This document shows, piece after piece, positions 40,266-49,806 of a stretch of 64,000 nucleotides of DNA (the stretch's first letter is position 1; every line of letters begins with the position of its first letter). Made by a program: the position numbers and the translations under genes. This stretch comes from Curvibacter sp. AEP1-3 (GTDB lineage Bacteria > Pseudomonadota > Gammaproteobacteria > Burkholderiales > Burkholderiaceae_C), in contig CALRZY010000011.1 of NCBI GenBank assembly GCA_943372765.1, positions 7,412 to 71,411 of the forward strand. The letters are read 5' to 3'. The notes below the pieces were generated by a model that saw nothing but the letters and a program-made list of their open reading frames with translations, made no database searches and was not told the origin of the DNA.

Positions 40266-41045
40266 ATGAGTGCTAGTCGCCCACCCCTGCGCATCGGCCT
40301 GTCAGCACGCCTGTTCCATCCCGAGCCCGGCGCCAGCGGCCTCAAGACCAAGACCCTGCTGGTGTTCGAGCAGTCGGTGGCCCAGTGGGCCATGGCGCGC
40401 GACGTGCTGCTGCTCATGGTGCCGTCGGTGGTGCAGGGCGGTGAGTTGATGCGCAGCAACATCCGCTTGCGCAATTACGCCGAGTACCTCGATGGCCTGA
40501 TTCTGCAGGGGGGCGCCGACGTCAGCCCGCGGGCCTATGGCGAGGAGCCGCTGCGACCCGAATGGAGCGGCGACCCGGTGCGTGACGCCTACGAGCTGGA
40601 GCTGGTGCACGAGTTCATGGAGGCCGGCAAGCCCGTGCTGGGCATCTGTCGCGGCATGCAGCTGCTCAATGTGGCGCTGGGTGGCTCGCTCTACCAGGAC
40701 CTGCGCACGCAGCGACCCGATACCGATGACCATGAGAGCGGCCACTACGACCAGCATGTGCACAGCGTGCGTTTCGAGCCGGTGGGCCAGATGGCCGGCT
40801 GGTTCGGCGGCCTGCCCGGCGGCAAGGTGGTGTCCATCCACCATCAGGGCATCCACCGCCTGGGCCGCGACATCGCGGTCGAGGCCGTGAGCGAGGATGG
40901 TGTGATCGAGGCCATCCGCTGGAATGGCGGCAGTTTTGTCTGCGGCGTGCAATGGCACCCGGAGTTTCACGGCGGTCTGCCAGAGGGCGGCCTGCTGGAC
41001 TGCAACCCGCTGCTGGAGGCTTTCCTGACCGCGGCGCGGCGCTGA
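40266..41045 (+). CDS. Class-I glutamine amidotransferase / peptidase C26 family (gamma-glutamyl-GABA hydrolase-like)
   Basis: 259 aa. [21 protein letters not shown] carries the nucleophile Cys, and GVQWHPEF carries the catalytic His. Confidence 0.85.
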   Translation: MSASRPPLRIGLSARLFHPEPGASGLKTKTLLVFEQSVAQWAMARDVLLLMVPSVVQGGELMRSNIRLRNYAEYLDGLILQGGADVSPRAYGEEPLRPEWSGDPVRDAYELELVHEFMEAGKPVLGICRGMQLLNVALGGSLYQDLRTQRPDTDDHESGHYDQHVHSVRFEPVGQMAGWFGGLPGGKVVSIHHQGIHRLGRDIAVEAVSEDGVIEAIRWNGGSFVCGVQWHPEFHGGLPEGGLLDCNPLLEAFLTAARR

Positions 41046-41101
41046 GACGCCCGCCGGCCCCAGGGTCTAACCGATGGGGCGAATACTGGGACAATAGCGG
41101 C

Positions 41102-42502
41102 ATGAACGATGTCCTGTCTCCTGCTGCCGGTACGCAGCCTCCCAAAGTCGGTTTTGTCAGCCTGGGCTGTCCCAAGGCGCTGACCGATTCCGAACTCATC
41201 CTCACCCAGCTCAGTGCCGAGGGTTACCAGACCTCCAAGACCTTCCAGGGGGCGGATCTGGTCATCGTCAACACCTGCGGTTTCATCGACGATGCCGTCA
41301 AGGAAAGCCTGGACACCATCGGGGAGGCCCTGGCCGAGAACGGCCGGGTCATCGTCACCGGCTGCCTGGGCGCCAAGACCGGTGAGGATGGCGGCAATAT
41401 GGTCAAGCAGATGCACCCCAGCGTGCTGGCCGTGACCGGCCCGCACGCCACGCAGGAGGTGATGGACGCGGTGCACGCCCACCTGCCCAAACCGCACGAC
41501 CCCTTCCTCGACCTGGTGCCGGGGGCCTTCGGCGAGGCCGGGCTGAAGCTCACGCCGCGCCACTATGCCTACCTGAAGATCAGCGAGGGCTGCAACCACC
41601 GCTGCACCTTCTGCATCATCCCCTCGATGCGCGGCGACCTAGTGTCGCGCCCCGTGGGCGACGTGCTGAAGGAAGCCAAGGCCCTGTTCGAGGGGGGTGT
41701 TAAGGAGTTGCTGGTGATCAGCCAGGACACCTCTGCCTATGGCGTGGACGTGAAGTACCGCACCGGTTTCTGGGACGGCAAGCCGGTCAAGACGCGTTTG
41801 CTGGACCTGGTGCAGTCCCTGGGCGAGCTGGCCGAGGCGCACGGTGCCTGGGTGCGCCTGCATTACGTCTATCCCTATCCCCATGTGGACGACATCCTGC
41901 CGCTGATGGGCGCCGGCAAGGTGTTGCCCTATCTGGACGTGCCCTTCCAGCACAGCCATCCCGACGTGCTGCGGCGCATGAAGCGCCCGGCCAGCGGTGA
42001 GCGCAATCTGGAACGCATCCAGCGCTGGCGCGAGATCTGCCCCGAGCTGGTGATACGCAGCACCTTCATTGCCGGTTTCCCGGGCGAGACCGAAGAGGAA
42101 TTCGAGCATCTGCTGGGGTTCATGCGTGAGGCCCAGATCGACCGGGCCGGCTGTTTTGCCTACAGCCCGGTGCAGGGTGCGGCGGCCAATGAATTGCCGG
42201 GCATGCTGCCCGAGGCGCTGCGCGAGGAGCGCCGGGCCCGTTTCATGGCCGTGGCCGAGGAAGTGTCCACCGCGCGCCTGCAGCGCCGCATCGGCGCCAC
42301 CATGCAGGTGCTGGTTGATTCGGCGCCCGCCCTGGGCCGCAAGGGCGGCGTGGGTCGCAGCTACGCCGACGCGCCGGAGATCGACGGCTTGGTGCAGCTG
42401 CTGCCGCCGGAGAAGATCAGCAAGACGCTGAAGGTCGGGGAGTTCACGCGGGCGCGCATCGTCGGCACCCAGGGCCACGATCTGGTGGCGGTGCCGGTGT
42501 GA
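41102..42502 (+). CDS. rimO: Ribosomal protein S12 methylthiotransferase RimO
   Basis: The ATG is at 41102. The sequence reads [17 protein letters not shown]...VNTCGFI, and the radical-SAM motif is [16 protein letters not shown]-terminal TRAM domain is present. The track ORF starting at 40952 is over-extended. Confidence 0.95.
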   Translation: MNDVLSPAAGTQPPKVGFVSLGCPKALTDSELILTQLSAEGYQTSKTFQGADLVIVNTCGFIDDAVKESLDTIGEALAENGRVIVTGCLGAKTGEDGGNMVKQMHPSVLAVTGPHATQEVMDAVHAHLPKPHDPFLDLVPGAFGEAGLKLTPRHYAYLKISEGCNHRCTFCIIPSMRGDLVSRPVGDVLKEAKALFEGGVKELLVISQDTSAYGVDVKYRTGFWDGKPVKTRLLDLVQSLGELAEAHGAWVRLHYVYPYPHVDDILPLMGAGKVLPYLDVPFQHSHPDVLRRMKRPASGERNLERIQRWREICPELVIRSTFIAGFPGETEEEFEHLLGFMREAQIDRAGCFAYSPVQGAAANELPGMLPEALREERRARFMAVAEEVSTARLQRRIGATMQVLVDSAPALGRKGGVGRSYADAPEIDGLVQLLPPEKISKTLKVGEFTRARIVGTQGHDLVAVPV

Positions 42503-42573
42503 TGTTGCACACCCCCAGGCTGCGCGCACTGCGTGTCGCTACGCCCGACGTGCCAGCGCCAGAGGCGCAGGCT

Positions 42574-42619
42574 CTTCGGTCTGTCCAAGTCTGCGCAGGC
42601 AGACTTGGACAGACCGAAG
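42574..42619. repeat. Perfect 21-bp-stem hairpin (cttcggtctgtccaagtctgc-gcag-gcagacttggacagaccgaag) downstream of rimO
   Basis: Read directly from the sequence. It is followed by a second small hairpin, cccct-tgc-agggg, at 42620-42632. There is no T tract after it. Confidence 0.5.
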
Positions 42620-42713
42620 CCCCTTGCAGGGGGCAACGCCAGTGGCCCGGCAAAGCCGGTTCCACGGCGTTCCCCGTAAGGACGAGACCTGCTTTGCGTT
42701 GCCGATGCAGGAA

Positions 42714-42744
42714 ATAAAAAAGCCGCTGAGGTCTCAGCGGCTTT
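42714..42744 (-). terminator. Rho-independent terminator downstream of tRNA-Leu (it may also stop rimO read-through)
   Basis: The stem is agccgctgag/ctcagcggct. On the minus strand it is followed by tttttatttcc. On the plus strand only ttcagtt follows. Confidence 0.65.
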
Positions 42745-42781
42745 CAGTTGGCATGAACCATACGGTTATGCCTTATATTGG

Positions 42782-42866
<85 letters not shown>

Positions 42867-42883
42867 ATCTCAGGAAAGCGAGA

Positions 42884-42892
42884 AGTATATCA
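42884..42892 (-). promoter_or_regulatory. Extended -10 element TGATATACT, candidate tRNA-Leu promoter
   Basis: The minus strand reads tgatatact, 17 nt upstream of the mature tRNA 5' end. It lies in the 49-bp gap between the tRNA and the earliest plausible rnr start. Confidence 0.4.
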
Positions 42893-42915
42893 GAAATTTA
42901 GAACGCTCCAGCGGC

Positions 42916-45198
42916 TTGCTGGAAGAAATTGAAGGGACCATCAACGGACACCGTGATGGTCATGGTTTTGTGGTGCGTGATGACGGCGAACCGGACATGT
43001 ACCTGCCGCCCAACGAGATGCGTGCCGTGCTGCACAAGGACCGTGTCAAGGCGCGCATCGTGCGCTTCGATCGCAAGGGCCGGCCCGAGGGCCGTGTGGT
43101 CGAGATCATGGAGCGCGCGACGCAGCCCATCATCGGCCGCCTGTTGCAGGAGAGCGGCATCTGGCTGGTGGCCCCGGAGGACAAGCGCTACGGGCAGGAC
43201 ATCCTGATCCCCAAGAGTGCCACCGGGCAGGCCAAGGTGGGCCAGGTGGTGGTGGTCGAGCTGGTCGAGCCGCCCGCGCTCTACGGACAGCCCGTGGGCC
43301 GCATCAAGGAAGTGCTGGGCGAGATCGACGACCCGGGCATGGAGATCGAGATTGCGGTGCGCAAGTACAGCGTGCCGCACGAGTTCTCCGAGGCCTGCAT
43401 CGCGCAGGCGCGCGGCCTGCCCGACAAGGTGAGGGAGCAGGACAGCCGCAACCGCGTCGACCTGACCGACGTCCCCCTGGTCACCATCGACGGCGAGGAC
43501 GCGCGCGACTTCGACGACGCCGTGTACTGCGAGCCGTCCACCCAGGGCCGTGGCCGGACCGCGCAGCAAGGCTGGCGCCTGCTGGTGGCGATCGCCGACG
43601 TCAGCCACTACGTGGAGACCGGCTCGCCGATCGACGTGGATGCCTACGAACGTGCCACCAGTGTCTATTTCCCGCGCCGTGTGATTCCCATGCTGCCGGA
43701 GAAGCTCTCCAACGGCCTGTGCTCGCTGAACCCCGATGTGGACCGGCTGTGCATGGTCTGCGACATGTTCGTGAGCAGCGAAGGCGAGGTCACGGCCTAC
43801 CAGTTCTACCCGGCCGTGATGCACAGCCATGCGCGTTTCACCTACACCGAGGTGGCGGCCATCCTGGCCAACACGCGCGGGCCGGAAGCGGCCAAGCGCA
43901 AGGAGCGCATCCAGGACCTGATCCACCTGCACGATGTCTACCGCGCCCTGCTGGCCGCACGCGCCAAGCGGGGTGCGGTGGACTTCGAGACCACCGAGAC
44001 GCAGATCATCTGCGACGACAGCGGCCGCATCGAGAAGATCGTGCCGCGCACGCGCAATGACGCGCACCGCCTGATCGAGGAGGCCATGCTGGCGGCCAAC
44101 GTCTGCAGTGCCGACTTCATCGGTCACAGCAAGCACGCCGGTCTGTTCCGCGTGCACGAGGGGCCGACACCCGAGAAGAACGAGCTGCTGCGCAACTACC
44201 TCAAGGTCACGGGCGTGGGCCTGACCATCAGCGAGGACCCCTCGCCGGCCGAGTTCCAGGCCATCGCCATCGCGACCAAGGAGCGGCCCGATGCGCAGCA
44301 GATCCATTCCATGCTGCTGCGCTCCATGCAGCAGGCCATCTACACGCCACACAACAGCGGCCACTTCGGCCTGGCTTTCGAGGCCTACACCCACTTCACC
44401 AGCCCGATCCGGCGTTACCCGGACCTGCTGGTGCACCGGGTGATCAAGGCCATCCTCAACAAGACGCGTTACCACCTGCCGGCCCTGCCCACCCCGGGCG
44501 AGGCGCACGCCAAGCTCTCCAAGCGGATCGAGAAGAGCGAGGCCGCCAAGATGAAGATCTCGGGCGAGAAGCCGAAAAAGGTCAGTGCGGAACTGATGGC
44601 CTGGCAGGCCGCCGGCCTGCATTGCAGCGCCAACGAGCGCCGCGCCGACGAAGCCAGCCGCGACGTGGAGGCCTGGCTCAAGTGCAAGTACATGCGCGAG
44701 CACCTGGGTGAGGAGTTCGGCGGCATCGTCACGTCGGCGACCAGCTTCGGCCTGTTCGTCACGCTGGACGCCATGTATGTCGAAGGGCTCATCCACATCA
44801 CCGAACTCGGTGGCGAGTACTTCCGCTTCGACGAGGCGCGCCAGGAATTGCGTGGCGAACGCACCGGCATCCGCTACGCCATCGGCACGCGGGTGAGGGT
44901 GCAGGTCAGCCGGGTGGACCTGGACGGCCGGCGCATCGACTTCCGCCTGGTGCGCGAGGGCGAGGAACTGACCAACCGCGCCCTGCGTGACAAGGGATTG
45001 GCGAACGATGAGGCCGATGAGGCCACCGGGGCGCCGCGCAAGGCCTCGCTCAAGCGGGCGGCGCGCAGCAAAAAGGCCAGTGATGCCGGCCTGCGTGCCT
45101 TGCCCTCGCCGATCCAGGCCCTGAAGGCCTCGGTCAAGGCGGCGGCAAAGAAGGTCACCGACAAGGCCCGGGGCAAGGGGCGCAAGACGCGTCGTTGA
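42916..45198 (+). CDS. rnr: Ribonuclease R (3'-5' exoribonuclease); the 5' end is uncertain
   Basis: The cold-shock-like domain (GHRDGHGFVVRDDG), the RNB domain (LVTIDGEDARDFDDAVYCE and HFGLAFEAYTHFTSPIRRYPDLLVHR), the S1 domain and a basic tail are all present. The track ORF begins at the TTG at 42778, inside the opposite-strand tRNA-Leu, which is implausible. I use the in-frame TTG at 42916. The first in-frame ATG is at 42997. Confidence 0.85.
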   Translation: MLEEIEGTINGHRDGHGFVVRDDGEPDMYLPPNEMRAVLHKDRVKARIVRFDRKGRPEGRVVEIMERATQPIIGRLLQESGIWLVAPEDKRYGQDILIPKSATGQAKVGQVVVVELVEPPALYGQPVGRIKEVLGEIDDPGMEIEIAVRKYSVPHEFSEACIAQARGLPDKVREQDSRNRVDLTDVPLVTIDGEDARDFDDAVYCEPSTQGRGRTAQQGWRLLVAIADVSHYVETGSPIDVDAYERATSVYFPRRVIPMLPEKLSNGLCSLNPDVDRLCMVCDMFVSSEGEVTAYQFYPAVMHSHARFTYTEVAAILANTRGPEAAKRKERIQDLIHLHDVYRALLAARAKRGAVDFETTETQIICDDSGRIEKIVPRTRNDAHRLIEEAMLAANVCSADFIGHSKHAGLFRVHEGPTPEKNELLRNYLKVTGVGLTISEDPSPAEFQAIAIATKERPDAQQIHSMLLRSMQQAIYTPHNSGHFGLAFEAYTHFTSPIRRYPDLLVHRVIKAILNKTRYHLPALPTPGEAHAKLSKRIEKSEAAKMKISGEKPKKVSAELMAWQAAGLHCSANERRADEASRDVEAWLKCKYMREHLGEEFGGIVTSATSFGLFVTLDAMYVEGLIHITELGGEYFRFDEARQELRGERTGIRYAIGTRVRVQVSRVDLDGRRIDFRLVREGEELTNRALRDKGLANDEADEATGAPRKASLKRAARSKKASDAGLRALPSPIQALKASVKAAAKKVTDKARGKGRKTRR

Positions 45199-45270
45199 TC
45201 CGGTGGTGGCCGGCGCGCTGCCTTGGCGCTGCCCCCTGAAGGGGCGTTGGCGCGGCGGAGCCCAGGCTCC

Positions 45271-46710
45271 CTAGCCGACCGCTCGCGCCAATGCGCTGGC
45301 CGTCAGCTGGTGATCCTCTGGCCAGTGATCGGCGGCCCGGCCATGCAGCCAGACAGCGGCGCAGGCGGCGTCAAACGCATTTTGACCCTGCGCCAGGCGT
45401 GCACCGATCAGGCCGGCCAGCACGTCGCCGGTGCCGGCGGTGGCCAGGCGCGCATTGCCGGTCGGGTTGATGACCGGCAGCCGGCCCGGTGCCGCGATCA
45501 CCGTGCCCGAGCCTTTCAAGACCACGGTGCAGCCGAACCGCTGTGCCAGCTGCTGCGCGGCCGCCAGCCGGTCGGCCTGCACGGCCGCCGTCGTGCAGGC
45601 CAGCAGGCGGGCGGCTTCCAGCGGATGCGGGGTCAGCACGGTCAGACGCTGACGCGCGCCGCGTGCCGCCAGGAGGGTTGCGAGCTGGCTGTCATTTGCT
45701 ATCGAATTGAGAGCGTCGGCGTCGAGCACCAGGCGCACTGCGGTCGACAGCAGGCGTGACAGCTGCGCGGCGATGGCCTGGCCGCCGCCGCACCCGGCCA
45801 CCACGGTCAGGGCAGCGGCGTCCAGCGCTGCCGGCGTGCGGAACATTAGTTCGGGCTGCGTTGGATCCACCGCCATGGCAGCCTCATCGAGCAGGCCGAC
45901 ATGAACGCGACCAGCACCATGGTGCAGTGCCGCGCTGGCGGCCAGCAGGGCGGCACCGCTCATGCCGCGGGCACCGCCGATGACAGCCACGTCGCCGTAA
46001 CTGCCCTTGTGCGTGGCGTGCCGGCGTGGCGTCGCAGCGGGTGCGCCAGCCAGACTCGCCTGGGGCGCCGCGCACGTCATATCTGCGCCGAGGGACTCGT
46101 ACCAGACCTCGCCGGCCTGGTCGCGGCCCTGCGCCGTGTAGAGGCCGGGCTTCAGCGTCAGCAGGCTCAGCGTGTGGCTGGCGCGCACGCAAGGGCCGGG
46201 CGTGGTGCCAGTGTCGGCATTCAGACCGGAGGGCAGGTCCACGGCCAGCACCGGTACGCTCAGGGTATTGATGTGCGCGATCCAGTCGGCCAACTTGCCC
46301 TCGGGCGCACGGTTCGCGCCGGTGCCGAGCAGGGCGTCGATGCAGATGTCGCAGTCCGCGGGAGGGGCGTCGACAAAACGCACCCCGGCTGCCACGGCGA
46401 GGGCGTGCGAGGCGCGGGCGTCGCTGGGGGTGCTGTCAGGGCTGCCGAGCCAGCTCACGAGCGGCGTCTTGCCCCACTGTTGCAGGTGCATGGCCGCTTC
46501 CAGCCCGTCGCCACCGTTGTTGCCGGGACCGCAGGCGATCCAGTAGCGACGCGCGTGCGGGGCGATGGCCAGGGCCAGTTGCGCCGTGGCCAGCCCGGCG
46601 CGCTGCATCAGGGCATGGGGCGGCAGCGTGCTGGCCAGCGCGGCTTCCAGCGTGCGCGTGGCCGCGGCGCTGTGCAGCGGCTGCGAGGTGCCGGAAGAGA
46701 TGCGTTGCAT
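45271..46710 (-). CDS. nnr: Bifunctional NAD(P)H-hydrate repair enzyme Nnr (epimerase/dehydratase, YjeF family)
   Basis: 479 aa. The N-terminal YjeF_N domain contains CGPGNNGGDG. The C-terminal carbohydrate-kinase-like domain contains TAGTGDVLAGLIGA. Confidence 0.9.
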   Translation of the reverse strand: MQRISSGTSQPLHSAAATRTLEAALASTLPPHALMQRAGLATAQLALAIAPHARRYWIACGPGNNGGDGLEAAMHLQQWGKTPLVSWLGSPDSTPSDARASHALAVAAGVRFVDAPPADCDICIDALLGTGANRAPEGKLADWIAHINTLSVPVLAVDLPSGLNADTGTTPGPCVRASHTLSLLTLKPGLYTAQGRDQAGEVWYESLGADMTCAAPQASLAGAPAATPRRHATHKGSYGDVAVIGGARGMSGAALLAASAALHHGAGRVHVGLLDEAAMAVDPTQPELMFRTPAALDAAALTVVAGCGGGQAIAAQLSRLLSTAVRLVLDADALNSIANDSQLATLLAARGARQRLTVLTPHPLEAARLLACTTAAVQADRLAAAQQLAQRFGCTVVLKGSGTVIAAPGRLPVINPTGNARLATAGTGDVLAGLIGARLAQGQNAFDAACAAVWLHGRAADHWPEDHQLTASALARAVG

Positions 46711-46724
46711 GGAGCCGGCCCGGC

Positions 46725-47612
46725 TCAGAATTCGTAGCTGTGGCCTTCGAAGGCCAGCCGGATCTCCGGCCCGCCCGCGGGCACGGGGTTGTCGGCCAGG
46801 GCCTGGGCGAAGGCGGCCTCCAGCGCGTCGTCGCTGCGGGTGGGCTCGTGGTGCGTGCAGTAGAGCACCTTGGCGCCGGCCTGGCAGGCGGCCTCGATGC
46901 TGGTCTGGAAGGTGCCGTGGCCCCAGCCGACCTTGGCCGGGTATTCCTTGGCGGTGTAGGAGGTGTCGGCGATCAGCACGTCCACGCCGCGCATGGCCTG
47001 GATGATGGAGGCCTGCTTCTCGTCTACGAAGGACTGGTATTCGGCGTACTCGGCGTCCCCGGGGGCGTAGATGTTGTAGGGCGGTTCGTGGTCGCCAGTG
47101 AAGAAGACCGACTTGCCGTTGGCTTCGATGCGGTAGCCGAAGTTGATGACCGGGTGGTTCAGCAGATAGGGCGTGATGGTGGCACTGCCGACCTGGATGC
47201 TCTGCTCGGGCATCAGCGTCACATATTCGATGGTGCCCTTCATCTCGGCTTCACGCACCGGGAAATAGCTGTACTGCAGCTGCACCGACATGACCTGCTC
47301 GACCCCCTGGCCCGATACCGGATCGTAGGCGCCGTGCAGGCGCAGCACGTTGCCGGGGATGAAGTTGGGGATGAAAAAGGGCAGGCCCTGGATATGGTCC
47401 CAGTGCGAGTGGGTGATGAGCACATTGGCCTGCACCGGCAGCTCGGCCAGCAGGGTCTGCGAGAGCGGGAAAATGCCGGTGCCAGCGTCCAGGATGATGA
47501 GCTCGTTGTTGTCGGTACGCACCTCGATGCAGGTGGTGTTGCCGCCGTAGCGCACCGTGTGCGGCCCCGGCGAGGCGATCGAACCGCGCACACCCCAGAA
47601 CTTGACTTTCAT
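46725..47612 (-). CDS. MBL-fold metallo-hydrolase (Lactamase_B_2-like), substrate unknown
   Basis: 295 aa. The sequence reads KFWGVRGSIASPG...YGGNTTCIEV...ILDAGTG...LITHSHWDHIQGLPFF, which includes the HxHxDH metal motif. The start overlaps the HDOD gene stop (ATGA at 47609-47612). Confidence 0.85.
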   Translation of the reverse strand: MKVKFWGVRGSIASPGPHTVRYGGNTTCIEVRTDNNELIILDAGTGIFPLSQTLLAELPVQANVLITHSHWDHIQGLPFFIPNFIPGNVLRLHGAYDPVSGQGVEQVMSVQLQYSYFPVREAEMKGTIEYVTLMPEQSIQVGSATITPYLLNHPVINFGYRIEANGKSVFFTGDHEPPYNIYAPGDAEYAEYQSFVDEKQASIIQAMRGVDVLIADTSYTAKEYPAKVGWGHGTFQTSIEAACQAGAKVLYCTHHEPTRSDDALEAAFAQALADNPVPAGGPEIRLAFEGHSYEF

Positions 47613-48457
47613 GATTCGAGCTTGGAGAAGACCTTGGCTTCCTCGAACAGGGCGTCGAGGTCACCCAGGCGGGCTATCAAATCATCCAGGTTGCCGCCCA
47701 GTCGTACGGCCATTGGCGGCGTGAGTTCGTCGATGTGGCAGTTGCCACCGAAGCCGAACTGCAGCTTCTTGCTGATCTGGTTGGCCGCGAAGACGCAGGC
47801 GACCATGGGCGTGTCCTTCAGGTCGGCACCGTGCATGTTCTGGATGGTCTCAACCAGGTTGGGGGCGAAGCGCCATTTCTGCACCAGCATGCCACCCACC
47901 ACCGTGTGGTCCACGCCGATGGTCTTGCGCAAGGCTTCGTGCAGCGAACTGCCGTCCTTCTTGCTCGCCTCCAGCGCCTGGCGGAACTCGTCTGGCATGA
48001 ACTGGGCGAAGACCACCTTGCCGAAATCGTGCAGCAGGCCGGCGATGAAGCAGTCCATCGGGTCGGCACCGTCCACGTCGCCGGCGATCTTCTTGGCAAG
48101 ATTGGCCGTGGCCAGCGAGTGCAGCAGGTACTGCTGCACGTCGAAGCCGGCGGCATTGCTTTTGGGCAGCATGCCGATGGCGGCGATGCCCAGGGCCAGG
48201 TTCTTGATGGTGTTGAAGCCCAGGAAGACCACGGCGTGGTTGATGGAGGTGACCTGCTTGGGCAGCGTGTAATAGGCCGAGTTCACGACCTTCAGGATCT
48301 TGACCGTGACCACCGGGTCCTTGTCGATCACCTGCACCAGGTCCTTGGGCGTGCAGTTCACGTCACGTGTCAGGTCCAGAATGGCCTGCACGCTTTTCGG
48401 GAAAGCGGGCATGCCTTCGACGGCAGCCGCCAGTTTTTGCGACAGTTCAGGACTCAT
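47609..48457 (-). CDS. HDOD-domain protein
   Basis: The start is placed at the ATG at 48455-48457. The sequence reads MPAFPKSVQAILDLTRDVNCTPKDLVQVIDKDPVVTVKILKVVNSAYY...AGLLHDFGKVVF, typical of an HDOD domain. The track ORF uses the TTG at 48496. Confidence 0.85.
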   Translation of the reverse strand: MSPELSQKLAAAVEGMPAFPKSVQAILDLTRDVNCTPKDLVQVIDKDPVVTVKILKVVNSAYYTLPKQVTSINHAVVFLGFNTIKNLALGIAAIGMLPKSNAAGFDVQQYLLHSLATANLAKKIAGDVDGADPMDCFIAGLLHDFGKVVFAQFMPDEFRQALEASKKDGSSLHEALRKTIGVDHTVVGGMLVQKWRFAPNLVETIQNMHGADLKDTPMVACVFAANQISKKLQFGFGGNCHIDELTPPMAVRLGGNLDDLIARLGDLDALFEEAKVFSKLES

Positions 48458-48503
48458 GTGTGCATTGTGTACCGTTAGAGCGCTTACTGTACACAATCCG
48501 CCC

Positions 48504-49757
48504 TCAGGTCCCCAGCCGTTCGATGCCGAAGCCGTCCAGCGCGAGTTCGGGGGAGCGGCCGGCCACGAGGTCGGCCAGGGCTCGTGCCGAGCCGCAGCTC
48601 AGGGCCCAGCCGCTGGCGCCGTGGCCGCAGTTCAGCCACAGGCCGGGGATGCCACTGGCGCCCAGCAGGGGTGGACCGTCGGGCAGCATCGCACGCGCGC
48701 CCTTCCAGGTCTGCACGCCGCTGGAGAGCACGGCCGCACCGGAGAACCAGTCCTGCAGCACCTTGTAGAGGGTCTGCAGGGCGTCCTTGCGCTGGCGTTC
48801 GGGGCGGCCGCCCAGCTCGGCGCCGCCACCCACGCGCACCCGGTTGCCCAGGCGGGTGATGGCCACCTTGTAGCGTTCGTCCATGATGGCGCTGCGCGGG
48901 GCATTCAGCGGCTCGCGCACGGTGGCGCTGACCGAATAGCCATAGACGGCGGCCAGCGGAATCCGCGGGCCCAGCGGGCGCAGCAGGCGGGCCGAGTCGA
49001 CTCCGGCGCACAGCACGGCCGCGTCGAAGCGGCGCGCTTGCGCCTCGCCGGCCAGTTGCACGTCCATGCCCGTGCCGGGGGTCAGGCGTTCCACAGTGGC
49101 ACCGAAGGCGAACTGCACGCCGCGGGCCAGCGCTGCGTTCTTCAGCAGCAGGACAAACTGCCGGCAGTTGCCCACCTCGTCATCGGGCAGGTGCAGGGCG
49201 CTGTGGAAGGGGGTGTCGGGATTGAGGGCCGGTTCGATGGCGCGCGCTTCCTCGGGCGTGAGTTCGCGGTGGGCATGGCCCAGGTCGCGCAGCAGTTGCC
49301 GGCCGTGGCGCAGCAGGGCATGGTCGTGCTCCGAGCGCAGCAGCACCAGCAGGCCCTGGCTGCGGTCGAACTCGAACTCGAGTTCGGCGGCGAGCGCGTG
49401 CAGCCGGGTGTGGCTGTAGCGGGCCAGGCCCAGCAAGCTCTGGCGGTTGCGCAGATAGGTGTCGCCGGCGCAGGCGCGCCAGGCCTTCCACATCCAGGCC
49501 AGGTCGCTGCCGCTCAGGGGCAGGGAAAAGTGCACGGGTGCATGGCGCAGCAGCAGGTGGCGCAGGATCTTGAACGGCATGCCCGGGGCAGCCCACGGGG
49601 CGGTGTAGCCGGGCGAGAGGATGCCGGTGTTTGCGAAGCTGCCTTCCTCGGCCGCGGCGATGCGGCGCTCGAAGACCGTGACCTCGTGGCCGTCGCGGGC
49701 CAGTTCCCAGGCGGTGGTGACGCCGATGATGCCGGCGCCGATGACTGCAATTTTCAT
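48504..49757 (-). CDS. dadA: D-amino-acid dehydrogenase (FAD-dependent), DadA-like
   Basis: 417 aa. The sequence reads MKIAVIGAGIIGVTTAWELARDGHEVTVFER...SFANTGILSPGYTAPWAAPGMP...HLPDDEVGNCRQF. It appears co-linear with E. coli DadA from memory. Confidence 0.85.
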   Translation of the reverse strand: MKIAVIGAGIIGVTTAWELARDGHEVTVFERRIAAAEEGSFANTGILSPGYTAPWAAPGMPFKILRHLLLRHAPVHFSLPLSGSDLAWMWKAWRACAGDTYLRNRQSLLGLARYSHTRLHALAAELEFEFDRSQGLLVLLRSEHDHALLRHGRQLLRDLGHAHRELTPEEARAIEPALNPDTPFHSALHLPDDEVGNCRQFVLLLKNAALARGVQFAFGATVERLTPGTGMDVQLAGEAQARRFDAAVLCAGVDSARLLRPLGPRIPLAAVYGYSVSATVREPLNAPRSAIMDERYKVAITRLGNRVRVGGGAELGGRPERQRKDALQTLYKVLQDWFSGAAVLSSGVQTWKGARAMLPDGPPLLGASGIPGLWLNCGHGASGWALSCGSARALADLVAGRSPELALDGFGIERLGT

Positions 49758-49806
49758 GTGGGGGGGTGCGGTTCCCGCTGGCCGGATTGGCTGTCGGGAT
49801 GGGGGA

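Noticed and set aside
48458-48503. An imperfect inverted repeat, tgtgtac...gtacaca, between dadA and the HDOD gene, considered as a terminator or operator.
   Set aside because: The stem is only 7-8 bp with a roughly 16-nt loop and has no T tract. That is too weak to call either feature from sequence alone.
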